Virus record (IMG/VR): IMGVR_UViG_3300019757_000003
Location: 50,271-114,270 of that record
Direction: 5' to 3' (one strand)
From: a virus
DNA length: 64,000 nt
Shown here: positions 41,501 to 50,221 of the stretch, piece by piece
Layout of the letters: every line of letters starts with the position of its first letter
Numbering within the stretch: position 1 is the first letter of the stretch
The notes under the pieces: model-generated
What the model was told of the DNA's origin: nothing
Databases searched by the model: none
Seen by the model: only the letters and a program-made list of their open reading frames with translations
Position numbers and translations under genes: made by a program

Positions 41501-44500
41501 TTTATCTGATTTACTCTCGCCATCAACTACTTCTGATTTAGCTTTAACACCAATGTAGCCTTGAAAGTTAGCAATTTTATTAACAATACCAGAAGCAGAA
41601 GCATCAAATTCAGGGTTGAAGTTAGTGGTAATCTTTAAATCAGACCACATAATATCTTTATCAGGGTTAGCTTCTTGTTCAGCTTTTACAGCATTACGAA
41701 CATCTATAATACCTTGAATAGCAGTTATAATTTCAGCAACACTATCACCTTTCTGTAGAATTTTCTTTGTATATTCTCCATTATAGACTTCAGAAGACAA
41801 CAAAGATCTAATACCATTGTTAGAGTAGTGAGTAAGAATATCCTCAAGTGCTTTAGATTCCTCAGATGAATTAGACGGAGATAGTATGTCATCTACAGTA
41901 ATCTCAAAATCAGTACTAGATAGAGTGTCAGCTAAGTTAGCTAAAACAACTAAGTTTTCTTCCTTAGTATTAGTAGTATGTCTAGTATTTAGAATAAACC
42001 TAGAGACAATCTTATCTGCTTGGAAGTCTAAAGCAATGTTCTCTAAATGTATTCTATTATTCCTAGCAGAGAAGTACTCAAAGAATTGTCTCCTCTTCTC
42101 GTAAGGTTCAAGAGAGTCATTATTTTCAAGCTCTCTAATGTAGTCTAAAATACTATCAGCATTACCTTGTCTACTAACTAGTTGACCTATCTCTTCCTCT
42201 CTAGTAATTTCAAGACCACTCTTCTCTATATTAAGTCCGAAGAAATTCTTTATCCATATATCTTTCTCACTATTACCTAAAGAAGATGTAGTCCTACCTC
42301 TTAGAGTTTCAACAATATCAGTAAGAAGACCATAGAATTCATTGTCTATCTCTAATGGTTCACTACGTATATCCTTAATAATAGAACTCTGTTCTGAGCT
42401 GTTCTCATTACCATCACTTCTAACAGGACCTTTAGGTTTTGTGGTTGAAGGAGTTTTAGAACTGGATGGATTCAATGCAGCTAAAATTGGTCTAAATGGA
42501 GTATCAAATTTACTTTTATAGAACACAGAAGCTTCAAAAGATCTATCATTCTTATCTACATCTTGGAACTCTTCTTTTAAAAGAATGACATCATCTTTAC
42601 CAAGAGACATATCAGGAGTTACTTTAACTTGTCCAACATCTTTACGTTCAGCTAAAGCATAGTGCGTAATACCAGACCCATCATCAGGATTATACTCAGA
42701 CAAATATCCTAAAGTATTAAGTAATTTTATACCAGTATCACCTATCTTAATGTGGTAAGAAGAAACAGCGTTATCCTTAGTACCTTCCTTAGCCACAACC
42801 TCTTGACCATAACTATGAGTAAAACTACGTCCAATCTCTTTTAAAGTGTCCTGTTTTGTAGCGTAATGAGTGGACATCTCAGCATCTTTATCAGTAGAAT
42901 TTTGGGTTCTATCAATATTTGATCTCATATTCTTAAGAACACCACTAATAGATAAAATAGCTAATCTCATAGCTTTAGGTACAGACAATGGATCTGATTT
43001 AGGGAACATAGGTAACTCACCTTTATCAACTGCTGCTTCTACTCTTGTAGTTAAGTTTCTTATTATCTCTTTATCAGTATCTAACATATTCCAAGACTTC
43101 TCTTGGATATTATGTGCTTTATTGTTTGCAGACTTAGTACTGATAGCACCACGTTCAAGAACATCTTCAAAAGCTTCATCAGTAACAATCTCAGTGACAT
43201 ATTGTTTTACACGTTTTTCAGATTGTTTAATCTTCTTTAAGCCAGACTTATTTCTACTAATCTTCTCGTTAGGATCTCTATCATCTTCAGCTAAGTCTTT
43301 AGTGGTACTCTTCAGCTCCACGTTAGGATCAGGGATATTGTGCATAGCTCCACGTTCAGTAGTAGCACTTTTCAAGTAACTAAGTAGTACATCTCTAGCC
43401 TTAGTAGATATAGAACTATTCTTTATAGAATTGGTTAAAGAGTCTTGACTTATACTATTAGAGTTGAAGTTCTTAATAGCACTATGTAAAGTATTATATT
43501 GGTCAGATTGAGATAACTTACCAAGTTCTGTAACACTTAGAGTCTGACTTCTTAAAAGTTTATCAGTAGAAGCTTTAATGTCTTCTGACTTAGACTCAGT
43601 AACTTTACTAAGAGTTGTATTCTTATACTTATGAGTCTCAAAGTTCTCGAACTTCTCACCTAACTCAACTTCAGTGAGTTTATCAATATCAGCTAACTCA
43701 TTTACAGTAGCCTCAGGTTGCTCTTCAGTGCCTTTATTTTCTTCATTAGAATCAGTTGTTGGTTCAGTAGGTTTAACCTCTTCAGTAGCTTCCTCAGTAG
43801 TATTAGTAGAAGTAGTTTCAGGTTCTACTTCAGGTTCAGTAGTTGTTTTTTCATCTACTCCAAAACCTAAACTTTTAATAGTCTCTAATCTTTTAGAATA
43901 CATCTCCTTAGCTTTATCATTAAGTCTTACACTAGAATCAGTATCGTTTATTATAGATTTCAAACTATCATAAGCTTCTTGGTCAGGTAGTTTAGTATTA
44001 TTTGATAAAATATTGGTTAAAGAAGCTACTCTATCTTTACCTGTCAAGTCTTTAAGTTTAGCAATGTCCTCAGAAATAGGATTTTGAGTGAATACTTTAG
44101 ATTCACCTTTCTCTCTTTTAGCTATAACTTTGTTTAGCATCTCAAGAGTTTTGGTACTAGACTTAGTAGGTTCTTTAGAACTTAGTGCAGTAACAGCTTT
44201 TCTGAGCTTTTCAGTAGAGTATTTTTCTAACTCTTTAGTAACTGCTCTATTATTCAGACCTTGTGAAATTGACTTAAATCCAGGGATTTTAGAAGTCTCA
44301 GTAATGTCTTTAATATTTGTAGTACTTAAATCAACATCAGAATCAGTTTTAATCTTACTTTCTGTACTTGTTTTATCTTTACTTAATTCCCTTTCTTTAA
44401 TAGCTATAGAGTTTTCTTTTCTAGTTTGAATAAGATTCTTCAATTCTTGTGTTTTAGCTTCATCAGGACCTGATTTAAGCTCAGTTCTAATCTCTTGAAT

Positions 44501-46507
44501 ACGATTCATTGCTTCATCATTTAAAGCCTTTAAATCAGCTATTTGGATGTCAGAAGCTTGATTAGAGAACTTTAAGTCGTTATCTGATAACGTTTTATAA
44601 GTTTTGTCATCAATAGCTTGATTAACATCCTTAAATGTACCAGGAGTTTCCACAACAGCTCTCATCTGTGCACCAGCACCAATTCCACCTAGACCACCCA
44701 TTCTAGCTTCTTGTTGCTTATCCTCGTCACTAAGAACATCAGATACAGTCTTACCACCAACACCAACATTAGCACCTAATATCTCACCCCAAGTTTGAAT
44801 GTACTCTTGAACACCCTCAACCCCACCTGCAGCACCAATAGCAGAAGCTTTAGCTACTAATTTACTGATAATAGGTTTTTGTTCAGATTTAGTTAGACTT
44901 TTAAAAGCTTTCTTAAGAGCACCCACTTCTCCAGTAATACCAGTAGCCTTAGAGAATGCCATTTTATCTATTGATAAAAGAACTAATTGAGTAGCATAAA
45001 CACTAGCAACTTCAAACATATCAACATCAGGATCTTCTCCAGCTTTGAGTTTCTCAGCTATCCTATCATCTAGTACATTATTAGTCATAGCACCTACAAC
45101 AGTATGGAAACCAGAATTTTTAGCAAAATGATCTAAGGTTTTAATCAGGGTAACATTATTTTGGTACTTCTCATACTTACTAATCTCTTTAGCTGTCATT
45201 AATTTTCTAGCTCTATTCTCCAATTTAGCTATATGTTGAACTGAAGCACCTGTTTGTCTAGCTTTTTCAGTAGCTTTAAGTAACCTAGAAGCAGCAGTAA
45301 ACTTCCCAGTACCTACAGTCATACCAATCATCATAGGTAAAGACTCAGCCATAGTATTAGGGTCTGTTAAAACTCCAGTAATAGCATCAAAGTAGTTACC
45401 ATTCTTCCAATTGGTTGCAGCATCAGTTAATACTTGAGTAGATTTAGTTCTATCATAACCAACCCATTTATCTATATTCTCTTTTTTCTTAACATCATTT
45501 AGCATAGTGTTATCACCAGGAGTAACAACATCTAATATAAAGTCAGCAGTGTCTACAAGTAAACTAACAGTACCAGAAGCTAATGCACCAACAACACTAT
45601 CAGTCATACCAGCTTTGTATCTAGCCCTAGCTATATTAGTAAGTCTCTCTGAGTATTCTCTATTCTTATCATAGTCTGCTTGGGTCTTACCTTCATCTAC
45701 ACCTAATAAATCCTTATTAAGTAATTCAGTATAACCATCACCAAAGTTTACACCAGAAGCTTTATCCCTAGAAACGTACTTACCATCAGGAGTTTGTACT
45801 CCACCTACATCAAGAGTTCTAGCATCTAAAACACCTTCTGAAGCATTCCAAGTTTTCTCCCATTCTTCAGCACCAGTAAATCTCTTCTCTTCAACTATCT
45901 CATAACCATCTTGTATATCCTGAGCAATACCTTTAAAGTTATATCTATCATTAGCTCCTACCTCAGCAAAACCTGTCTTATATAGGAACTTCTCTGTACC
46001 ATCAGGATTGTAACCGTCAAACTTCTTTAAGGTATAGACAGTACCACCTGCATTAGGGTCATGTTTAGCATTATGATACTGATCTATAAGTTCTTTAGTT
46101 GTAGTATTTCTAGCAGCAATAAAGTCTTTATTGGACATAGAGTATCGTTTACCTTGATTCTCAGCATCAAACTGAGCTCTATCAAGCATTTCCCCTTGAC
46201 CAAAGTCAGCTATATTCTCAGAAGCTTCTAGTAACCAATCAGCTCCTCTACTAACAGCATTAGCAGCTTCTTTAGCTCTAATCATAGCATTACTATCGTG
46301 TATTAAGCTACCATCATTCTCGTACTGTAGTTCACCAGTTCTCATAGCTATCTTACGTTGTAGTTCTCTAGCTCTCTCTTGTTTTAATAAATCTTCCCCA
46401 CTATCCACAGGGAGCAATCCTGTACCATAATTATACAAGGAAGACGAGTCTTGATTGTACATCCTAGGGTCTGCAAAAGAAGCTTGTAATCCATCATATA
46501 ATCCCAT
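38513..46507 (-). CDS. virion-encapsidated single-subunit RNA polymerase (N4 gp50-like)
   Basis: RNNRIH..DFQADK, motif A EFDASASG, motif B RDTAKYPVMTNSYG, LHAID, motif C IHDA; zincin HEVQH...EFVA; one Cys only. Confidence 0.88.
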   Translation of the reverse strand: MGLYDGLQASFADPRMYNQDSSSLYNYGTGLLPVDSGEDLLKQERARELQRKIAMRTGELQYENDGSLIHDSNAMIRAKEAANAVSRGADWLLEASENIADFGQGEMLDRAQFDAENQGKRYSMSNKDFIAARNTTTKELIDQYHNAKHDPNAGGTVYTLKKFDGYNPDGTEKFLYKTGFAEVGANDRYNFKGIAQDIQDGYEIVEEKRFTGAEEWEKTWNASEGVLDARTLDVGGVQTPDGKYVSRDKASGVNFGDGYTELLNKDLLGVDEGKTQADYDKNREYSERLTNIARARYKAGMTDSVVGALASGTVSLLVDTADFILDVVTPGDNTMLNDVKKKENIDKWVGYDRTKSTQVLTDAATNWKNGNYFDAITGVLTDPNTMAESLPMMIGMTVGTGKFTAASRLLKATEKARQTGASVQHIAKLENRARKLMTAKEISKYEKYQNNVTLIKTLDHFAKNSGFHTVVGAMTNNVLDDRIAEKLKAGEDPDVDMFEVASVYATQLVLLSIDKMAFSKATGITGEVGALKKAFKSLTKSEQKPIISKLVAKASAIGAAGGVEGVQEYIQTWGEILGANVGVGGKTVSDVLSDEDKQQEARMGGLGGIGAGAQMRAVVETPGTFKDVNQAIDDKTYKTLSDNDLKFSNQASDIQIADLKALNDEAMNRIQEIRTELKSGPDEAKTQELKNLIQTRKENSIAIKERELSKDKTSTESKIKTDSDVDLSTTNIKDITETSKIPGFKSISQGLNNRAVTKELEKYSTEKLRKAVTALSSKEPTKSSTKTLEMLNKVIAKREKGESKVFTQNPISEDIAKLKDLTGKDRVASLTNILSNNTKLPDQEAYDSLKSIINDTDSSVRLNDKAKEMYSKRLETIKSLGFGVDEKTTTEPEVEPETTSTNTTEEATEEVKPTEPTTDSNEENKGTEEQPEATVNELADIDKLTEVELGEKFENFETHKYKNTTLSKVTESKSEDIKASTDKLLRSQTLSVTELGKLSQSDQYNTLHSAIKNFNSNSISQDSLTNSIKNSSISTKARDVLLSYLKSATTERGAMHNIPDPNVELKSTTKDLAEDDRDPNEKISRNKSGLKKIKQSEKRVKQYVTEIVTDEAFEDVLERGAISTKSANNKAHNIQEKSWNMLDTDKEIIRNLTTRVEAAVDKGELPMFPKSDPLSVPKAMRLAILSISGVLKNMRSNIDRTQNSTDKDAEMSTHYATKQDTLKEIGRSFTHSYGQEVVAKEGTKDNAVSSYHIKIGDTGIKLLNTLGYLSEYNPDDGSGITHYALAERKDVGQVKVTPDMSLGKDDVILLKEEFQDVDKNDRSFEASVFYKSKFDTPFRPILAALNPSSSKTPSTTKPKGPVRSDGNENSSEQSSIIKDIRSEPLEIDNEFYGLLTDIVETLRGRTTSSLGNSEKDIWIKNFFGLNIEKSGLEITREEEIGQLVSRQGNADSILDYIRELENNDSLEPYEKRRQFFEYFSARNNRIHLENIALDFQADKIVSRFILNTRHTTNTKEENLVVLANLADTLSSTDFEITVDDILSPSNSSEESKALEDILTHYSNNGIRSLLSSEVYNGEYTKKILQKGDSVAEIITAIQGIIDVRNAVKAEQEANPDKDIMWSDLKITTNFNPEFDASASGIVNKIANFQGYIGVKAKSEVVDGESKSDKDRPTRLSDKLDELTLGGGDAYLALIKEVMNIIDKRNSLDLNDTTIKKKNKATSAILKFIANVEGDGEFDINNPDHKRKIRDTAKYPVMTNSYGQKIKSLIAGLGKEIGIDLMKAYLKGSGTDKANAEAVFKSLDIKLEDVKDTNASFKMVSSKVGANFGTIFSDGLKNINADLNAVQGTIDKAYEVLTSARSFLRSSGVNHIISMRNPLDVTLKATEEVLGDIDPDTNFSIEKLMLTEQDMTKIAEDAGVVPTKLMSNVNKNSASVVALHAIDSAILLIAFKRTFKYFKDKGIYKGLGSIAIHDAVKGSPEFLLKYKEFYHEATLDVAQYYDILSEMEIELEYTLEQVKEINEGSSEVGKLEKAIKNITINKDKRLASKEAKIEELRANKDFSIFGKLPSESEMPSGPIDTTNYKVYKKRDFGKQSDASKDKDSKSEALERIQKEQRKAVVSFAPDIKSVVPKKKYENSPQHYKELKSLVASGEPYIVMSSTTSGKSLKTKEITSLTASIYKDGKQVGEDKTLTLLPSNEFTYELALKRDNDGSPSHKELETSESLKGQIGYDYTSPDGTVLKGMTRGQVKSSKAIDDFMTSLNKEAKDLDETVTNVPLVGYDLANNIDLVLKNTSEEYSKQDFKVIDVSQGFHEYNKITNTDGKYNPNKPTEVSQDTMAERFADKDTTSIAQLSSIVNNFGEVVKKDTNSFIYDFQQALKSKDKALKVSEGTDFLNSIEDTDEETKVYIENIKSALNSDNSLVSGKAFKFNPNDEQIFVGNDITFSDTKSFLKYIDHEVQHSVTAEYIRNQFFMESTKQSNAFKVLSSVFVKFKNKLPDILDDTKGTTADGDILGQSLHDRFEYIHRELGNGEDDSKRVAAMSEFVAIYRSNQEFRDYLSNNATTQETESSLGIFSDRMVKHLMKSIKDILSSAYKAITGKELSNITVEVFNRSLENIIFESSKEGGKPKPDNQQEQESLGTIQTKNTKEILYTTIKNVQEGCE

Positions 46508-46515
46508 TTAGTCTC

Positions 46516-47973
46516 CTATTTTCTTGACTCTATTAACGAATCATAGTTAGCCATCTTCTTAGCATGTGCTTCGTTAGCTTGTTTGAGAGCGAGTTCAGCA
46601 GCCTTCAACTCAGCTGGAGTTTTAGCATTTTTTAGATTGGATTTTAGAATAATCATGTCACGTTTAAAAGTACGTTCATCCCTCAAATTCTGCTGAGATT
46701 TAACTTCTTTCCCTAACGTAGCTTGTTCAAGATTAAATGCTTTTTGTTCAGCACTAGCAACTTTATTAAACTTAGCTATTCTAAGATTCTTTTGTCTATC
46801 TGTCAATGTAGAAGTTTTTAGACTATCCTTAAGAACTTTTCTAGCTTCACTAATAGACTTTTTAAACTCAGTTGATGTGACTCTACGGTCGGTAGTAGTT
46901 TTAGGAGCTTTAGCTACAATATCTTTAATAAGCTCTTTAGACTTAATAACATCAGGATCATTAGCAAATTCAGGACTATCAGGATTATTAATAGTTTTAC
47001 TATTAGCTTCTACTACTTTTCTAGCCTCTTCCTTAATTCTAGCTTTCTCAGCCTCTGCTTCTTTCTTCATTCTAGCAGGTTCATCTCTAGCCATTTTATC
47101 TACTTTTCCTAATGTGCTCAGATTAGAGTCCTTAACCTTATCTTGGTAAGCTCTGCTCTCCTTGTCCCTAAAACTCTTAATTATATCAATACCCTCTGGA
47201 GAAAGTCTATCAACACCTTTAGGGAGTATGTCCTCTACATCTACACCAGATCCTACAAACCCTCCAAGGTAATTACCGACACTACTAAGAAACCTAGAAT
47301 CATCAGTTAAAGGTTGTACATCAAGAGGATTATCAGTACCCTGAGTTAGTCTAGCTTGTTGAGTTGCTCCTATATCTCTAAGTGCAATACGTTTCTCTGC
47401 ATCAGTCATATTAGGGTCACTTTTAATACCATTATACATAGCTAAAAACTCAGATTGTTCTGGTACATTACTTACTTGAGGCACAGTAGGTAAATTCCCA
47501 CCTAACTTCATAGGATTACCATTTTGCTCTCTTCTAGCTATCTCCTCATCTAAAGCATAAATAGCAGGAGGTGTATTATCTACAGTAGTAGTACGAGGAA
47601 TGTTTATATCTCCAACAGCAGCATCAGCAGCAATTATGTCATCTTGTCTGGTAATACCCTCATCATATCTACGTTTACTCTCCAACCTAGCAGCCTCTCT
47701 ACTAGCATTTGTAGCAGCTAGGGCATCAGCTCTATACTTCATATCCTCACTTCTATTCTTAGCAGCTAATTCTAAAGCTAACTTCCTATTAAGAGACTCT
47801 TGTTTATATCGTTCAGCTTGAGCAATAGCATTCATTTTAAGGTTAGCCTGAGCTTGTTGTCTATCAGAATATCTACCAAGAGCATTAGAAATAGTTAAAT
47901 CTCTATCTTCCATAGACACACCTCTACCACCAAAGTTTACACCAGCCATTCTATCGTATGTAGATGAGCCCAT
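46516..47973 (-). CDS. putative internal virion/ejection protein (gp51 position)
   Basis: Cys-free and helical; immediately upstream of vRNAP. Confidence 0.55.
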   Translation of the reverse strand: MGSSTYDRMAGVNFGGRGVSMEDRDLTISNALGRYSDRQQAQANLKMNAIAQAERYKQESLNRKLALELAAKNRSEDMKYRADALAATNASREAARLESKRRYDEGITRQDDIIAADAAVGDINIPRTTTVDNTPPAIYALDEEIARREQNGNPMKLGGNLPTVPQVSNVPEQSEFLAMYNGIKSDPNMTDAEKRIALRDIGATQQARLTQGTDNPLDVQPLTDDSRFLSSVGNYLGGFVGSGVDVEDILPKGVDRLSPEGIDIIKSFRDKESRAYQDKVKDSNLSTLGKVDKMARDEPARMKKEAEAEKARIKEEARKVVEANSKTINNPDSPEFANDPDVIKSKELIKDIVAKAPKTTTDRRVTSTEFKKSISEARKVLKDSLKTSTLTDRQKNLRIAKFNKVASAEQKAFNLEQATLGKEVKSQQNLRDERTFKRDMIILKSNLKNAKTPAELKAAELALKQANEAHAKKMANYDSLIESRK

Positions 47974-48560
47974 TAGTTACCTCTCTTAGCAACTCGTTCT
48001 TTATTAACATAGGTATTAGGTCTTCCTGTTAATTGGGATGCTCTATCATTCTTAGCATTATTAATAGCGTCTGATCTATCTGCTAGAGCATTATAAGAAG
48101 TAGCTCCTGCATTAAATTGATCATTACCAAGACTTATGTTATGTTCCAGAGAACGTTCAGCCCTATCATTGGCTTGTATACCATCCCAAATACCAAATCC
48201 TAAAGCACCTAGCTTAGTAGCACTATCTAACATACCACCCCAACCACCTTGGTCAGCATTAGCATTAAAAGTAATTTGATTATCTTTATTCTCAGGTAAC
48301 TTATTATAAGCATTAGTAGCTTGTAAACCTGCTGCACTGTCAGGTCCAAATGAGCTAGTCATTAATTGTCCTGTGGTAGGATCAACATAATTAGTACCAT
48401 GTTTTTGACCACCAAACCAATTAGAGTCCCCACCTATAGAGTCCCACCAACTAGTACCAGGAGTTAATCCTACTGATGATACATTGTTAGTATTAGTGCT
48501 TGTTGGTTGTCCTGGTATTCCTACTACTGGACTTGTTACTGGATATATATTTCCACCCAT
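47973..48560 (-). CDS. putative small ejection protein (gp52-like)
   Basis: Gly-rich amphipathic GGWGGMLDSATKLGALGFGIW followed by Q/N-rich helix. Confidence 0.55.
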   Translation of the reverse strand: MGGNIYPVTSPVVGIPGQPTSTNTNNVSSVGLTPGTSWWDSIGGDSNWFGGQKHGTNYVDPTTGQLMTSSFGPDSAAGLQATNAYNKLPENKDNQITFNANADQGGWGGMLDSATKLGALGFGIWDGIQANDRAERSLEHNISLGNDQFNAGATSYNALADRSDAINNAKNDRASQLTGRPNTYVNKERVAKRGN

Positions 48561-48588
48561 ATTAAATTCCTTGTATTAACTTTTTTGT

Positions 48589-48597
48589 ATTATATCA
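48589..48597 (-). promoter_or_regulatory. extended -10 element
   Basis: TGATATAAT upstream of the ejection/vRNAP genes. Confidence 0.5.
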
Positions 48598-50217
48598 CAC
48601 TCCACTATGGATTGAGATTTTTTGTTGGTAAATATCTGAAATATTATATAAATTAGGTATTTCATCATACTTAGCTCCTATTTTACTGTAAACCATTTGT
48701 TCTATACTACTATTTGGTGGAGGTTTACTTGCATAATCTAAATCTACATCCATTTTAGGATAATAGCCTATCCCAGTAGTATCTGACCACTCTTCCTTAA
48801 GAGCTTCTAACTTCTCTTGGTACTCTGTTAGCTCTATATCAAATGCCTCTCGTTCTTTATTAAGCTCTTCCATTTTATACTGAGTGTAAACATTAGTTAG
48901 CTTACCACCCAAATCTAACATCTTATAGTATAGATTAGGATCATTTAATAAACTACCATAGTCCATAGAACCTACTGAAATAGCTATAGTAACTAGACTA
49001 ACTACCCAATCAGGTAAACCTAATAAATCTCCAGCACTAGCTATAAGCATACTAGTAGCAGTAGCTATAAGCAGATTACTCACAGCAGTAATGACTGGTA
49101 CACCAAAGTACACTTGTAGAGCTAAGGCTGCTACAGTTGCTAGAAGCTTAAAGAATCCTGTTTGGTACCAAGCTACTTCAACAGTTTGTACAGAGTAAGC
49201 AATCATAACTAAAGATTCTTCATGAACTACAATAAATTCTTTATACCTTAAATCTTGTAAGTAATCTAAAGGTATGATAAATCTATTATTATAACTATCT
49301 CCATTCTCAGCGTCAGGTACTGTATTTAAATCATATATATTAGTTTGTCCACTAATTGTTACAGCCACACTATAGTCTTTGATAGTAAGTTTCTCTATAG
49401 TATTATTTGTTTTTTGAAAAGATAGTATTAGTTCATTACTGATAACCTTAGATGTATAAGTACCTTTTACCCCAATTGAACCTACTACAGTAGCCTTACT
49501 CACATTAAATAGATACTTCCAAGCTACATTACCAAAGCTAATATCTAGTCCATCAGCATCAGGAACTACGGTATTAAAGATAGTATATAGTAGTTTTAAA
49601 GAACCTTGACTTTTAGTATTCAGAGGAACTCCATAAGCTACATAAGCGTTATCTATATCCTCGTTTTCTAAAGTAGTAAGTAAGTCATCAAATTCCAAAC
49701 CAAGTAACTTTAACATCTTCTTTAACTCAGTACCCTCTTCTTTAATAGTGTTATTCTCTTTAAGAGGTATAACGGCAGAAAAAGGTAGAGGAGTAGTTAT
49801 AAATAAAGAACTAGGTAAATCATCAACGTTACCACTTAAAGTTTGGGTATCTCCAACATCATCTAAATATGTAAATAAATATTCAGTTGTAGTAGCTGTA
49901 GATGTGAAAGAATAACTAACAAAAGTAGTAGCATTTGGATCAGTAAGTAGTATAAAATCAAGAGCTAATCCTGTGTGTAATACTTTACTAAATCCATCTG
50001 ACTTAGGAGCAAAACCTAACTCTTTAAGTTTCTTAGCAGAATAGTTTCTTCTATACTTCCTTCTTTGAGATGTATAAGTTTGTAAGTAGACATCCATATC
50101 ACCTTTAGCAGCATACATACTAGACTTTCTAGCTTGTTTATCGTACAAATCCTTCTCTAATAAAGGAAAGGTGGCTATAGAAGAAAAAGTCTTAGTTGTA
50201 CCACTAAATATACCCAT
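48595..50217 (-). CDS. N4 gp53-like structural protein
   Basis: FIIPL...VAWYQTGFFK followed by hydrophobic helices; synteny. Confidence 0.7.
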   Translation of the reverse strand: MGIFSGTTKTFSSIATFPLLEKDLYDKQARKSSMYAAKGDMDVYLQTYTSQRRKYRRNYSAKKLKELGFAPKSDGFSKVLHTGLALDFILLTDPNATTFVSYSFTSTATTTEYLFTYLDDVGDTQTLSGNVDDLPSSLFITTPLPFSAVIPLKENNTIKEEGTELKKMLKLLGLEFDDLLTTLENEDIDNAYVAYGVPLNTKSQGSLKLLYTIFNTVVPDADGLDISFGNVAWKYLFNVSKATVVGSIGVKGTYTSKVISNELILSFQKTNNTIEKLTIKDYSVAVTISGQTNIYDLNTVPDAENGDSYNNRFIIPLDYLQDLRYKEFIVVHEESLVMIAYSVQTVEVAWYQTGFFKLLATVAALALQVYFGVPVITAVSNLLIATATSMLIASAGDLLGLPDWVVSLVTIAISVGSMDYGSLLNDPNLYYKMLDLGGKLTNVYTQYKMEELNKEREAFDIELTEYQEKLEALKEEWSDTTGIGYYPKMDVDLDYASKPPPNSSIEQMVYSKIGAKYDEIPNLYNISDIYQQKISIHSGV

Positions 50218-50221
50218 AGAT

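Noticed and set aside
38597-47821. + strand ORFs inside the vRNAP and ejection genes, and similar antisense ORFs elsewhere
   Set aside because: Ser/Leu-rich shadows of real genes on the opposite strand.
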